Shown one piece after another: positions 27,501 through 41,934 of a stretch of 64,000 nt of DNA (positions within the stretch are counted from its first letter, which is position 1; each line of letters opens with the position of its first letter). Source of the stretch: the human T2T-CHM13v2.0 reference genome, Homo sapiens; NCBI RefSeq assembly GCF_009914755.1, contig NC_060939.1. One strand, written 5' to 3'. The position numbers were made by a program, and so were the translations under genes. Below the pieces are notes generated by a model that worked only from the letters and a program-made list of their open reading frames with translations, was not told where the DNA came from and made no database searches.

Positions 27501-30085
27501 AGGGCCTTTAGAATTCTGCAGGCCCCAGCAGGAAGGGCTTGCCATGAAGCTCAGCCTGCACTCACCTTGGAGGTGAGCTGATGGCAGTGGAGGCAGCCAA
27601 GTCTGGAGCCCCCCACCACCAATGCCACCCTGAAGCAGAAGGGCTGGGAGGGAAGGAGCATTAGAGAGAGAGAGAAGGAGAACTATGTGCCAGGTCAAAA
27701 TTAAAAAGACAAAAAGGTGAACAGAGCAAGAGAGCAAAGAAAGGATGAATAAGAAGAGGGGCTAGGAAATGCCTGCTGCCCTCTCTCGCTCCCTCCTGTG
27801 CTGTTCCCATTATCATACCTTTTTAGGCCAGGAGGAAGAGGCGAGGCCAAAATATGCTTGGAAGGAATCAGAATTCAGTCAAGAAGTATACAGTTATACA
27901 CTGCGAAGGCTTCCCCTTCTGCTTCTGTTTCTGGCCACTGGGCTTGGTGGCAGCTGTTCTCATCTGGTCACCGCGATGTCCTAGCATCAGAAGGCTATGA
28001 TTGCAAAGGTGGAATCCAGGCTTCAGGGCAACAGGCCTGAGCTCAAGCCTCTGCGCTGCCTCTTGGCAGCTGTGTGAACCCAGATGTGGCAATTCATCTC
28101 TCTGTTAGTCTCCCCTGGTGGGAAACGGCCATGATCATGTCCAGCGCACAGAGGCACACTAAGAACTGGATGCAAAGATGACTACAAGTGCTTGGCAACC
28201 AACAGCAATCGGCAAGAGGTGTCACCATCTGCACCACAGTGAAAAGACTCAAGAGACCCAACCCAGGAGGAAGACTGAGCACGCAGCCTACCTCTCCCCA
28301 GGGCCTGGATCCCTAGGAATAAAACTTAGAACGAACAAATCTGAACCAGCCTTGGGAAACAAGATCAGCACAGACGAGCTGTCTTGAGGCACTGAGGAAA
28401 GACGGGAAGCAGAGGGCATCAGGTAGCAGCAGGAGGCGGGGTCCTGGCGCGAGGACTTCTGAGTGGGGAACAATTCCAGAGCTGAGGAAGGTGCCAGGCT
28501 GGGCGTGCAAGGACAGGAGGAGCCCCAAACAGGCCTCGGAGTAAGGAGCTAGGGTGGCAGGTCTCAGCCTCCAGGCTGAGTGGGGACAGCAGCAGAGTCA
28601 TCTTGAGGCTGGTGCAGTGAGACAGGGTCCTAAGGCCAGAGCACCAGGACGATGCCCTGGGAGCGGGGAGTCCGCCTCGCACCCTTCTCAGAAGAAATGC
28701 TATCAAGCAACAGCTCCCTCCACTCCACATCACAGAAAGACCCCTGCCGTCAGACCAGACAACCACCCACAGCCACATGGGGATCTGTGAGCACATGCAG
28801 GGGTGGACGACCAAGAAGCAGCCCATGTTTGAGGAAAACCCATCCCAAGAAAGAGGGGCACCCAATTAAAAAGCAACATGAACAAGAACAGAGGGACCCG
28901 ACGAGACAGGGCCAATAGAACAAATGGAAAAAACCATACACAATAAGTAGGCCAAATACCACAGCAAGGAACCGTGGTACCACCCCGACCTATGGCAGCA
29001 CAGCCTGAGTGGCGAGCCTAGACCTCCACCCATGCGAGGACGAAATGAGGTGCCCGACCTCACTGCTGGGGCATGTCAGGAAACAGCAGGTAGGAAGCAG
29101 CGCTTTTACCTCCAGCAACCTCAAAAGGGGCCCACTTGCATGGTGCCAGCAGATACCATGCCATGAGCCTGGTCTTCCAACCACACCCAGCAGTAACAAC
29201 GTGTCCCCTCCATCCCCTGGAGTTGTGTCAGGATGCCTGGTGGAGAGTCAGGAGGCTCACTGCTGCTCACAGTAATGAGGGGACCTGCACTGTGGGGTCA
29301 TGGGAGGCACACAGGGAGTGGGAACCACTGCCCCTTCTCAGCACTGATAAGGAGACTTCCCACGCTTGGGTATCAGCGGAGGCTGAATGGGGGCCCTGGA
29401 CAACCTACCCCTGACAATAATGAAATGGTACCCCTTGTCCTCTGCAGCAACAGGGCCAGAGAAGCCAGCTGAAACAGAAGGCTGAAGTCAGGTATAGCCT
29501 CATAACATAATGCAAAAATGTACAGGTTTCAAAGGAATATCACATGTCATTCCAAGAACGAATAGGAAGATCTCAAATGCATAAAGACAGACAATCACCG
29601 ATGCCAACATGGAGGAAACGGATGCTGGAACCATCTGACAGACATTTTATTCATTTTCTTCCTCTTTTTAGGTTTACCTTTTAAAATTATTTTTAATTTT
29701 TAAGGATATACTAGTTGTATATTAATAAAGATTTTAAAGAGGCCATGAAAAAAACACCTAGGTGAGCAATTACAAATATGCCTAAAACAAATGAAAAAAT
29801 AGAAAGTCTCAATAAAGAAACTGAAAGTCTCAGCAAAGAAATACACGATATAAAGAGGAACCAAGTAGAATTATTAGAACTGGAAATACAATAATCAAAA
29901 AGCTCAGTGATGGGCTCAGTAATAGAACCCACAGGACAGAAGAAAGAGTGAACTGGAAAATTATATATATATATATATATATAAAATTACCCAATCTGAA
30001 CAACATAAAGAAAAAAATTTAAAAATATGAACAGAGCATTAGGGACTTGTGAGACTATAACAAAGACCTAAACTTCATGTCACTA

Positions 30086-30260
<175 letters not shown>

Positions 30261-30883
30261 TAATGGAGGAGGAGTGAGGAGGAGGAGGAGGAGGAGGAGG
30301 AGGAGGAAAAAAAGTAGTGGGGGCTGGAAAAGTTCTCGAAGAAATAATGGCTAAACGCTCTCCAAATTTGGCAAGAGATATAAACCTACAGATTCACCAA
30401 GTTTACTTTCAAGTTTTCTAAATTACATTTGATGGTTGAAGCAAAAATTACAACACTGTCTGATGTGGTTCTAAATGAATGTATGTTTAATATGTATGTA
30501 TATTACAAATATAAATGGGAGAGAATAATGGGATATAAAGGAAGGTAAGGTTTCTGTACCTCACGCTGGTAAAGTGACAACACCCATAAAATTGATTGTG
30601 AGAAGTTACATGTGCATAATGTAATACCAAGGGTAGCCACTAAAAAAGCTATACAAGAAGACATACTCAAAAACATTATAAACCAAGTGAGATTTTAAAA
30701 AGTGTTCAAGTAACCCACAGGAAGGCAGGAAAAAAAAAACAGAGAAACTAAATACAGAGGAAAATAATAGAGAAGTTAAAATGGCAGACTTAACCCCTAA
30801 TGTATCAATAATTACATTAAATATTAACCATCTAAATATAGTAACTAAAAGAGATTGGCAAGTGAATCTAAAAACATGGCCCA

Positions 30884-31172
30884 CGTTTGACAGCAGACCG
30901 GGGGGCTACAGTTAGCAACAATATGTTAAATATTTCAGTGTAGAAGAGAGGACTTGAAATGTTACCAACACATAGACATGATAAACACCCAAGATGACGG
31001 ATACCCCAAATGCCTTGACTTGATCATTCTGCATTCCATGCATGTAGAAAACATTCACAGGTACCTCTTAAATATGTGAAATGTCATTTATCAATAAAAG
31101 AAAAAAGAGGCAATTTCTACTGTATTGTACTCTTCAAATTAATAAAAATTTTTATAAAAGAAAAATAAATTT
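30884..31172 (+). mobile_element. L1MA-like 3' end nested in the older L1
   Basis: L1MA 3'UTR motifs (gacttgatcatt...catgtagaaaacattcac); flanked by AAAA(C)ATGGCCCA on both sides. Confidence 0.6.
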
Positions 31173-32004
31173 TAAAAAATGGCCCAAATATATGTTATCT
31201 ACAGGAGACTCAATTCAAATATAACAATATAGGCAAGTTGAAAGTAAAAGGATGGAAAAACGTATACTGTACAACCATTAATCAAAGGAAAGTAGAAGTA
31301 GCTATATTAATATCAGATAAAGTAGACTTCAGAGCAAAAAAATTCACCTGAGACAAAGAGACGCCCCTTGTCAGCAACACTGAATACCAAAGACCATGGG
31401 GTAATACCTTTTAAATTATGAGTGAAAATTATCTTGAACTTAAAGTCAAAACCTAGCCAAATTTGTAGGGAGAAAATAATGACATTTTTAGACTTCAAGG
31501 ACTCAGAAAATTTACTATCTATATAACCATTCATACCTATAGCAAGCACTCAAAATATCTTTTAAGAGAATGAATAATTTAATAGATGAGAAAATCTAGT
31601 AAAATAAAAAAATCACATACAAAGATGTAAGAAAAAAGAAACAATGGTGACCAAAGAAATTAATTAGACTTTATACTTAAGCTCACACAATTGTTGATGC
31701 ATGATGTAAACTTGTTAAAAATAATATGGAGTTAAATTTTTGAATTATCCCAATTCAAGGAGGTGACGACAGACAGAAGATGGCAGAGGAGTGGAGCTAT
31801 GGTAAGTTTCTTATGTTGCTCAGGTGAAAGAGTTAAGTACTGATTAGCGCTAAACACTGTAGAGAAACATAAGTCCCAATAACTGTGTTTAAAGAGTAAC
31901 AGAAAAACAGATTTAGAATGTAAAAATTTCAACCCATTAGAATGAAAGAAAAGAGAAGAAACTACATCTAACCAGCAAAAGGAAGGTAAAGACAGATTGG
32001 TAGA

Positions 32005-32048
32005 CAGATGGACGGACAGATGGATGGATGGATGGATGGATGAATAGA
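32005..32048. repeat. (GGAT)n microsatellite
   Basis: Seen directly in the sequence. Confidence 0.85.
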
Positions 32049-32888
32049 TAAAAACAAATACAATAGAAATAAATCCAAAGATATCTGAAATCAGCACATG
32101 TATGAATATAACAAAGTCCTTCTTTAAAGAGACTCTTCAATTGTGTTAAAATATAAATCCAGATACATGCTGCTTATAAAACCAACATTAGAAATAAAGA
32201 ATATATGAGAAGAAGGATGATAAAATAAATTCGCAAGTGTGCTACTTTTATCAATCAAAGTACAGGTGTTATATCAGCCAAAGTACAATTAAAGGGCAAA
32301 AATGAGATAGAGAGGATTTTATATTGATGAAGATTCATTATACCTTGTAATGTACCTTGTAAATAGCTATAAAATGTGTACAGCGAAAACGGAAAGAAAC
32401 TGACACATCCATAATCATCATGGAAACCAGCATTCCTTCTCAGAAACAGATCAGGTAGACAAAAAGTAAGAAAGACTCCAGAACTTCTGAATGAACTTGA
32501 TAGAACACACAGGTGATAGAGGCTGATGCCTAAAGGTATCAGGCAGGCAGGGTAAATGGCTGAAGCAGCCAGGTCTGTGAAGGCCACCCGGGGACGGGTA
32601 GACTGCCCTTTGAGTTAGGAGCAATCGTAGCCGACTGTTGCCATTAAGGAATGAGGGCCCAGCACAGCCAGAGCTTCTAAGCTTTCATAGAAAGCCCCAA
32701 ATCCATATTTTTACATAAAATACTGTGATTTGTAAATGTTTACTCAAGTTTTCAAAAATACACTTGTGTGAGTCAAACAAAACATGTCTGCAGGCCAAAG
32801 GCAGCTTATGGGCTACCAGTTGCAATCCCTAATCTGATACAGATTTTTTTTACTCAATGAGCATAGAATAAAAATACTCTTCAAACAC

Positions 32889-34608
32889 TGATATGGTTTG
32901 GCTGTGTCCCCACCCAAATCTCAACTAGAATTGAATCTCCCAGAATTCCCACATGTTGTGGGAGGGACTCAGGGGGAGGTAATTGAATCATGGGTGCCAG
33001 TCTTTCCTGTGCTATTTTTGTGATAGAGAGTAAGTCTCATGAGATCTGACAGGTTTATCACGGGTTTCTGCTTTTGCTTCCTCCTCATTTTTCTCTTGCC
33101 ACCACCATATAAGAAGTGGCTTTCGCCTCCCACCATGATTCTGAGGCCTTCCCAGCCACGTGGAACTGTAAGTCCAATTAAATCTCTTTTTCTTCCCAGT
33201 CTCGGGAATGTCTTCATCAGCAGCATGAAAATGGACTAATACAGTAAATTGGTGCCCATAGAGTGGGCATTGCTGAAAAGATACCCCAAAATGTGGAAGC
33301 AACTTTGGAACTGGGTAACAGGCAGAGGCTGGAACAGTTTGGAGGGCTCAGAAGAAGACAGGAAAATGTGGGAAAGTTTGGAACCTCCTAGAGATTTGTT
33401 GAATGGCTTTGACAAAAATGCTGATAGTGATATGAACAGTAAGGTCCATGGTCAGGTGGTCTCAGATGGAGATGAGGAACTCATTGGGAACTGGAGCAAA
33501 GGTGACTCTTGTTATGTTTTAGCAAAGAGACTGGCAGAATTTTGCCCCTGCCCCAGAGATCTGTGGAACTTTGAACTTGAGAAAGATGATTTAGAGTATC
33601 TGGCAGAAGAAATTTCTAAGTAGCAAAGCATTTAAAAGGTGACTTGGGTGCTGTTAAAGCCATTCTGTTTTAAAAGGGAAGCAGAGCATAAAAGTTCAGA
33701 AAATCTGCAGCCTGATGATGCAGTAGAAAAGAAAATCCCATTTTCTGAGGAGAAATTCAAGCCGGCTGCAGAAATCTGCATAAGTAACAAGGAATCTAAC
33801 ATTAATCCCCAAGACCATGGGAAAATGTCTCCAGGCCATGTCAGAGACCTTCACAGCAGCCCCTCCCATCAGAGGCCCAGAGGCCCAGGAGGAAAAAGTG
33901 GTTTCATGGGCCACGCCCAGGGTCCTCGTACTGTATGCAGCCTAAGGACTTGGTGCACTGTGTCCTAGCCACGTCAGTCGTGGCTGAAAGGAGCCAACGT
34001 ACAGCTTGGGCTGTGGCTTCAGAGGGTGGGAGCCCCAAGCTTTGGCAACTTCCACTTGTGTGTTGAGCCTGCAGGTGCACAGAAGTCAAGAACTGAGGTT
34101 TGGGAACCTCCACCTAGATTTCAGAAGCTGTAGGGAAACACCTGGATGCCCAGGCAGAACTTTGCTGCAGGGGTGGGGCCCTCATGAAGAACCTCTGCTA
34201 GGGCAGTGCAGAAGGGAATTGTGGGGTCAGAACCCCCACAAAGAGTCCCTACTGGGGTACTGCCTAGTGGACCTGTGAGAAGAGGGCCACCATCCTCCAG
34301 ACCCCAGAATAGTAGATCCACTGGCAGCTTGTACCATGTGCCTGGAAAAGCTACTATATTATATTATATCCTGTGCTATTCTCGTGATAGTGAATAAGTC
34401 TTATGAGATCTGATGGGTTTATCAGGGGTTTCTGCTTTTGCTTCCTCCTCATTTTTCTCTTGCCACCGCCATGTTAAGAAGTGCCTTTCACCTCCCACCA
34501 TGATTCTGACGCCTCCCCAGCCATGTGGAACTATAAGTTCAATTAAATTTCTTTTTGTTCCCAGTCTTGGGTATGTCTTTATCAGCAGTGTGAAAACGGA
34601 CTAATGCA
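32889..34608 (+). mobile_element. THE1A-like MaLR provirus: 5' LTR 32889-33243, internal region to ~34352, 5'-deleted 3' LTR ~34369-34608
   Basis: TG...CA termini, 5-bp TSD AACAC at 32884-32888 and 34609-34613, duplicated LTR sequence, THE1-int ORF remnants at 33249-33968. Confidence 0.92.
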
Positions 34609-35735
34609 AACACCCATTGGCATATTCACAAAAACTGAACGTGTATTAGGACACAAAGATATTCTCCAGAAATTCCAAAAGGCAGAAAATATACAGAACA
34701 TTCTGTGAACCCAATATAAGAAACTTAAAAATTAACAACAAAAGGAGCATCAGAAAATCTACGCAGTTGAAAAATTTTATAAATCTCTTCTAAATAACTC
34801 CTGGGTTAAAGAGAAAAATCTAAGCTGAAACGTACAATTATTCAGAAATATATAGCAAGAAAAGCACCATATAATTAAACTAGTAAGAGGTGATGAAAGG
34901 AGAATGTATGATTATTTATTTATTTATTAGAACACATAAAATCCTGAAAATAAAGAACTAAATACACATTCCATTCAAGGAATTAGAACACAGCAACAAC
35001 AAATTTAAAAGCTGAAGGAATTAATAAATAAGTAAAAGCAGAAATTTATGATGCAGAAAATAAAGGAACTCAATTAAAAAAAACCTAGTTCTCTGCAAAA
35101 GCCTGTTTTTTTTTATTTTTACGTACACTATTTTTTATAATTTTAACTTTTACTTTAGATTCAGGGGTTATATGTGCAAATTTATTACATGGGTATATTG
35201 TATGACACTGAGGTGAAAAAACCTATTTTATTAAAAATAGAAATTTTTCATCAATCAAGGAAAAAAGAGGAGATGTCACAAATAAGATTAGAAACAATTA
35301 TAACTATAAACATGGAGGATGTACTTTTAAATTACGAGCATATGATATTGAATTTATGTCATATATTTGAAAATCTTGAAAAATTGATGATTTTCTAGGA
35401 AGATTTAATTACAAAAATCTCCTCAAGAAGAAACAGAAAACCTGAATAGGTCTAGTCCTTTTGAAAGTCACCATATCCAATCAGACTAGTTAATCAGCTC
35501 TACCAACACTTCAGAAATCAGGCACTATCCACAATATATTAACTATTTCAGAGCACAGGAAAAGAAAGTTTCCTAACTCTTTCTACGAGACTGGCCTGAC
35601 TCTGATAAACAAGTTAGAGAGAAACATCACAAAACACAGAAACTGTGATTCTATCCATTTTATAAATGAAGTTGTAAAACCATAAGAAGACATCAGCAGT
35701 TGAATGCAGATGTATCAAAACAACAATACTCATGA

Positions 35736-36077
<342 letters not shown>

Positions 36078-37168
36078 AGTTTAGGAAATCTATTAATGTA
36101 ACTTATTACACTACACAGATTAAACAATAAAGTTGAAAAACAATATAATAATCTCAATAGATACTTTTAAATATTCAACATCCATTCCTGATTAAATCTC
36201 TTAGAAATCTAGGAATATAATAAAATTTTCTCAACTTGATAAAGGGTAACTACAGGGAAGACATTTACAAATGGCATAAAATTAGAAGTATTCCTGTATA
36301 AGTCAGAAATCAAACAGAACCTATAAACCACCACTATTCAATATTCATCAGGAACTGCTACATATTCAAATAAGGCAAGAAAAAGAGAGTTATTAATATT
36401 AAAGAGATAAAACCACCATTATATTTACAGATAGCTATTATTTAACATCTCTCCAGAAAAGCCAAGAGAATCCAACGGAAAAACAACAGCACCCACAGAG
36501 ATCAATAAGGTGACCAGAAACAAAACCCAACATACAAAAATCAATAGCTTTCCTATATCCGTTTCAATAATGACCAATTAGAAATACAAATTTTTAAAAA
36601 ATCTAGATATATATCTAATAAGAAATGTATAAAATCGATATGGAGAAAGTGATAAAACTTTAAAAAACAATGTAAAAGAAGACCTGAATAAATAAAAACA
36701 TACCATGCTCCTGGGTGGGAAGACTCAATATTGTAAAGATGTCATTCTCCCCCAATTAATCTATAATTTCCAAGCAATCCCAATCAAAATCCCAACAGGG
36801 CTTTTTTTTTTTTAATGGAACTTGACAAGCAGATTCTCAAGTTCATCTGAAAGAGAAAATGTGCAAGAATAGCCAAGTAATTTTTGAAAAGGAACCATAA
36901 GAGAAAATTTGCCCTATCAGTTACCAAAAAAACAAAAACAAAACCCCAAAACTCTCCTAAACTGACTGTAATAATTCAAAGCGTGGTATTGTTAGGGCTT
37001 ATGAAGGAACTGACTAAGGAAACGTAAGGGCAGACCCAGTGTCCATATGGGGATCTAGGATGTGATGAGGGCCACGTGTGGCAATCACCAAATATTGATT
37101 TGGGGGGATCTCTCTTTCACACTACTCACAGAAATAAATTCCATATGGATCAAAAAGCTGAACAGAAA

Positions 37169-37534
<366 letters not shown>

Positions 37535-37636
37535 TTAGAGGAAATACAAAACAGGTTTACTATCTTGGGCAAGATCCCAAACTCAAGAGTCATGAAGGAA
37601 GATGAACAAATGTGACATCATAAGAACTTTACTTTG

Positions 37637-37926
37637 TTTTTTTGAGACAGGGTCTCACTCTGTCACCCAGCTGGAGTATAATGACGCAATCATGGCTCAC
37701 TGCGGCCTCGACCTCCTAGGCTTATGTGGTCCTCTCACCTCAGCCTCCCAAGTAGCTGGGACTACAAGCACATGCCACCATGCCCGGCTAAATTTTTCAA
37801 AATTTTTTGTAGAGACAGGGTATCACTATGTTGACCAGGTTGGTCTCAAATTTCTGGGCTCAAAAGGTCTTCCTGCCTCAACCCCCAAAGTGCTGGGATT
37901 ACAAGTGTGAACCACTATGCCCAGCC
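37637..37926 (-). mobile_element. AluJ-type SINE
   Basis: Reverse dimer; TSD-like CATAAGAACTTTA / CATAAAAACTTTA. Confidence 0.9.
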
Positions 37927-38183
37927 CATAAAAACTTTAAACAGATTTTTATTAAAAAATTATATATGAAAAGGGGGCACAAATCATCAATGTACAGCTT
38001 GACAACTTAATATAAAATTAAAGTCTCTCTAAAATGAAAGACATCAGGGACCAGTGACCGCACAGGGGTACCCCACTCTCCTCTCTGGAAACAATGAAGA
38101 TGGCACATGCCTCTGTGGATTCCTGACAGTGTAAAATTTCTCCCCAGGGTAGGTGCTAATGCACCTGAAGGCAACACACCTAG

Positions 38184-38522
<339 letters not shown>

Positions 38523-38619
38523 TAATTTGGACAGTTCCTGTTTCTTTCAGTTGATTTAATTATTTTTATGTGACAACATTTATAAGGAATGTGCAGTTTT
38601 ACAAAGAAAATTGGTTAAA

Positions 38620-39118
38620 CTATGTCCACAGGTTTTTTGACACCTTTCTACTCAAAAGGTGCGACCAAATTTCTTTCCCCTTGAGTGTATTGTTAAACTT
38701 AGTGATCCATTTCTAATGCACAGAGTATGGCTGAAGAGATGGTACATGACTTCTGAGATGAGGTCATAAAAGACATTGCTGGTTTGGTTTTGCTTTTTCT
38801 CTTGAATCACTTGTTATAAAGAAAGCCAGCTACCATGTTATGGGGACACTCAAGCAACCCTCTGGAAAGGTACACACAGTGAGGAATCAGGGACTCCAGC
38901 CAACAGCCCCATAAGTAACCCATCTTGGAAGTGAATCCTCCAGACTCAGTCAAGTCTTCAGACTACAATCACAGCCAACAGCTTGACTGGAACTTCACCA
39001 GTGACCCTGAATCAGAAACATTCAGCAAAGCCACTATCTGTGCTGGAAAACAAGTGTTTGTTGTTTTAAGCAGCTGCATTTTTAGAATGACTGCCACTCA
39101 GCAATAGATAACTAATAC
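38620..39118 (+). mobile_element. MLT1F/G-like MaLR LTR
   Basis: gacttctgagatgaggtcataaaag, catcttggaagtgaatcctccag and the gcaatagataactaataca end. Confidence 0.7.
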
Positions 39119-39887
39119 ACAATCTAATTGATAACTATAAACCACAAGTTTTAAGTTCAACAATGACAGAGTTGCTTATATCAGACTAACTCTTCTTATT
39201 AAAGATAATAATTATAAACTCTGAAAAAATATTTACTTAGAAAAAATTAACTTTTTAAGACCACTGAAGAACAACCAGAAAAGGGCAGAGGTAGGCAGGG
39301 GGTTCAATTCTTGACAAACCATACTGGGTATGCTCCAAGTTGACATGACTTTTCCTCTTGAGGGAACTTTCCATTTCTTTTGGTGCAGAGAGGCTAGAAC
39401 TCAAATACTGAAGTACAGTAAAATGTCATCTTATTCTCCAGAGGAGTCAGGGGATAGAGTTGGGACTGTCAGAGCTGCTGGAAATTGAGAGGAGAAATTT
39501 CAGAAAGGAGAGATCTACAGAAGAGAACATATAAACTCCTCACAACCACTTGGCTGAACCCTGAAGTATACATGGGCAACCCACTAAGAAGTCCAGTAGG
39601 AAAACAGCAGCTGAGAGGCTGGAGGAGCTGAGCAGGTATTTCAGCTGCTGCCCACTACAGGGCAGTCCATCTGGAGTTTCAGACTTGCTAAGTTAGAGGT
39701 CTGGGTTTAAACATTTCAGGCTTTCCACTGAAATACCAAAAGGGTCATGGTCTAGGAGTAAAGACCATATGCTAGGGCTAATGGATTTTCCCTAAGGCTA
39801 TGCGAAAATCAGAAAGATAGCAAACATTAAAAAAAAGAATAATCAGGTCTCCACAAGCTCACATTTAACCAACTGCTAGAACGAAAC

Positions 39888-40184
<297 letters not shown>

Positions 40185-40523
40185 AAGAAAGAAACTTAAT
40201 GATATTCAAAGACAACAGAATCCAGAGTCTCTACAATGTAACAATATCTACCATACAATAAAAAATTACTAGACATATGCAAAGAAAGAGAAATACATGA
40301 CCCACTGTAAAGAGAAAAATCAGTCATTATAAACATACTCCTAAAATGGCCTAGATGTTGGAATTAAGTGCAAAAGACTTTAAAGTATTTCTTACAAACA
40401 TGTTAAAGAGTCTAGAATAAAAGATAGATATCATGACTGAAGAGATGGAGACACATGAGGGATTCGGAAACAGTAAAAAAAGAGTCAAATGGAAATCATA
40501 AGACAGAAAAGTAAATATCTGAA

Positions 40524-40826
40524 TTTTTTTTTTTTTTTTTTGAGATGGAGTCTTGCTCTGTCACCCAGGCTGGAATGCAGTGGTATGATCTCAGCTCACT
40601 GCAACCTCCGCCTCCCAGGTCTAAGCCAATTCTCTTGCCTCAGCCTCCTGAGTAGCTGGGATTACAGGCATGTGCCACCACACCTGGCTGATTTTTTGTA
40701 TTTTTAGTAGAGACGGGGTTTTAGCATGTTGGCCAGTCTGGTCTTGAACTCCTGATCTCAGGTGATCCACTCACCTCAGCCACCCAAACTGCTGAGATTA
40801 CAGGTGTGAGCCACCATGCCCAGCCC
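40524..40826 (-). mobile_element. AluS-type SINE
   Basis: Reverse dimer with poly(T). Confidence 0.92.
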
Positions 40827-41207
40827 TGAAATTTTTTTTAAAGACCAGACTGAACACAACAAAAGGAAGGATTAGTTAACTTGAAGTTCAATAAAAATCA
40901 TTCCATTCGAAGCAGAGAAAAAAGGGTTAAAAAAATGAACAGTGCCTCAGTAACCTGTGAGGCGTATTAAGCAATCTAACAACTATAACTGTGCCCACAG
41001 AGAGTAGAAAGAAAATGGAACTTAAAAAAATTTGAAGAAATATTGACAATTTTTTTTCCAAATTTTCTTTAAAAAGAATAACCCACTAAGAAGCACAGAA
41101 AACCCAAGATGGAATTAATACGAAGAAAACTACATAAAAGAATGTTAGAGCCACAGGCAAAGCACAGATATTTTTAAAAATAACATTATGAAAGCAGCTA
41201 CAGGGAA

Positions 41208-41513
41208 GGGCCATGGTGGCTCATGCCTGTAATCCCAGCACTTTGGGAGGCTGAGGTGGGAGGATCGCTTGAGGCCAGGAGTTTGAGTCCAGCCTGGGCA
41301 ACACAGCAGTATCTCATCCTACAAGGAAAAAGGTGTGTGTTTTTTTTAATTAGCTGGGAAAGGTTGTGTTCACCTGCAGTCCCAGATACTTGGGAGGCTC
41401 GGGTGGGAGGATCACTTGAGGCCAGGAGTTTAAGGCTGCAGTGAGCTATGATTATGCCACTGCACTCCAACCTGGGTGACAGAGCAAGACCCCATCTCTT
41501 CAAAAAAAAAAAA
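41208..41513 (+). mobile_element. AluJ-type SINE
   Basis: Diverged dimer with poly(A). Confidence 0.9.
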
Positions 41514-41934
41514 AGGAGCCATAGGAACAAATCACGTTTCTTAAAAGGGAACAACAATAAGGATGGCAATTAACAATCGACTCATCGTCGGAAACAATGG
41601 ATACCAGAAGACAACAGAATAACACCTTTAAAGTGTTGAAAGACAAAAAAAAAGTTAGAAGGTCGTGTTCAGCATAATTTCTTTTAAGAAAAATGAAGAG
41701 AAGCCACTTTCAGATAAAATTGGAGAGAATTTTTCACTAGCATACCTGAACCTCAACAAATACCAAAAGAGGTGAGAGATAACCTCAATAAATACCAAAG
41801 AGCCTGGCGACAGGCTGAAGATAAATGGAAAGATGGAAATCTGAAGCTAGAAAAAGTAAGGAAGACCAGTCAGTGGAATGGTACACAGGCAGGTAAATGT
41901 ATTTCTTGTCATAAGTAGTTTGCGGTCAACTACA

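Noticed and set aside
33249-33968. 124-aa and 109-aa ORFs
   Set aside because: Broken remnants of the THE1 internal ORF, not a host gene
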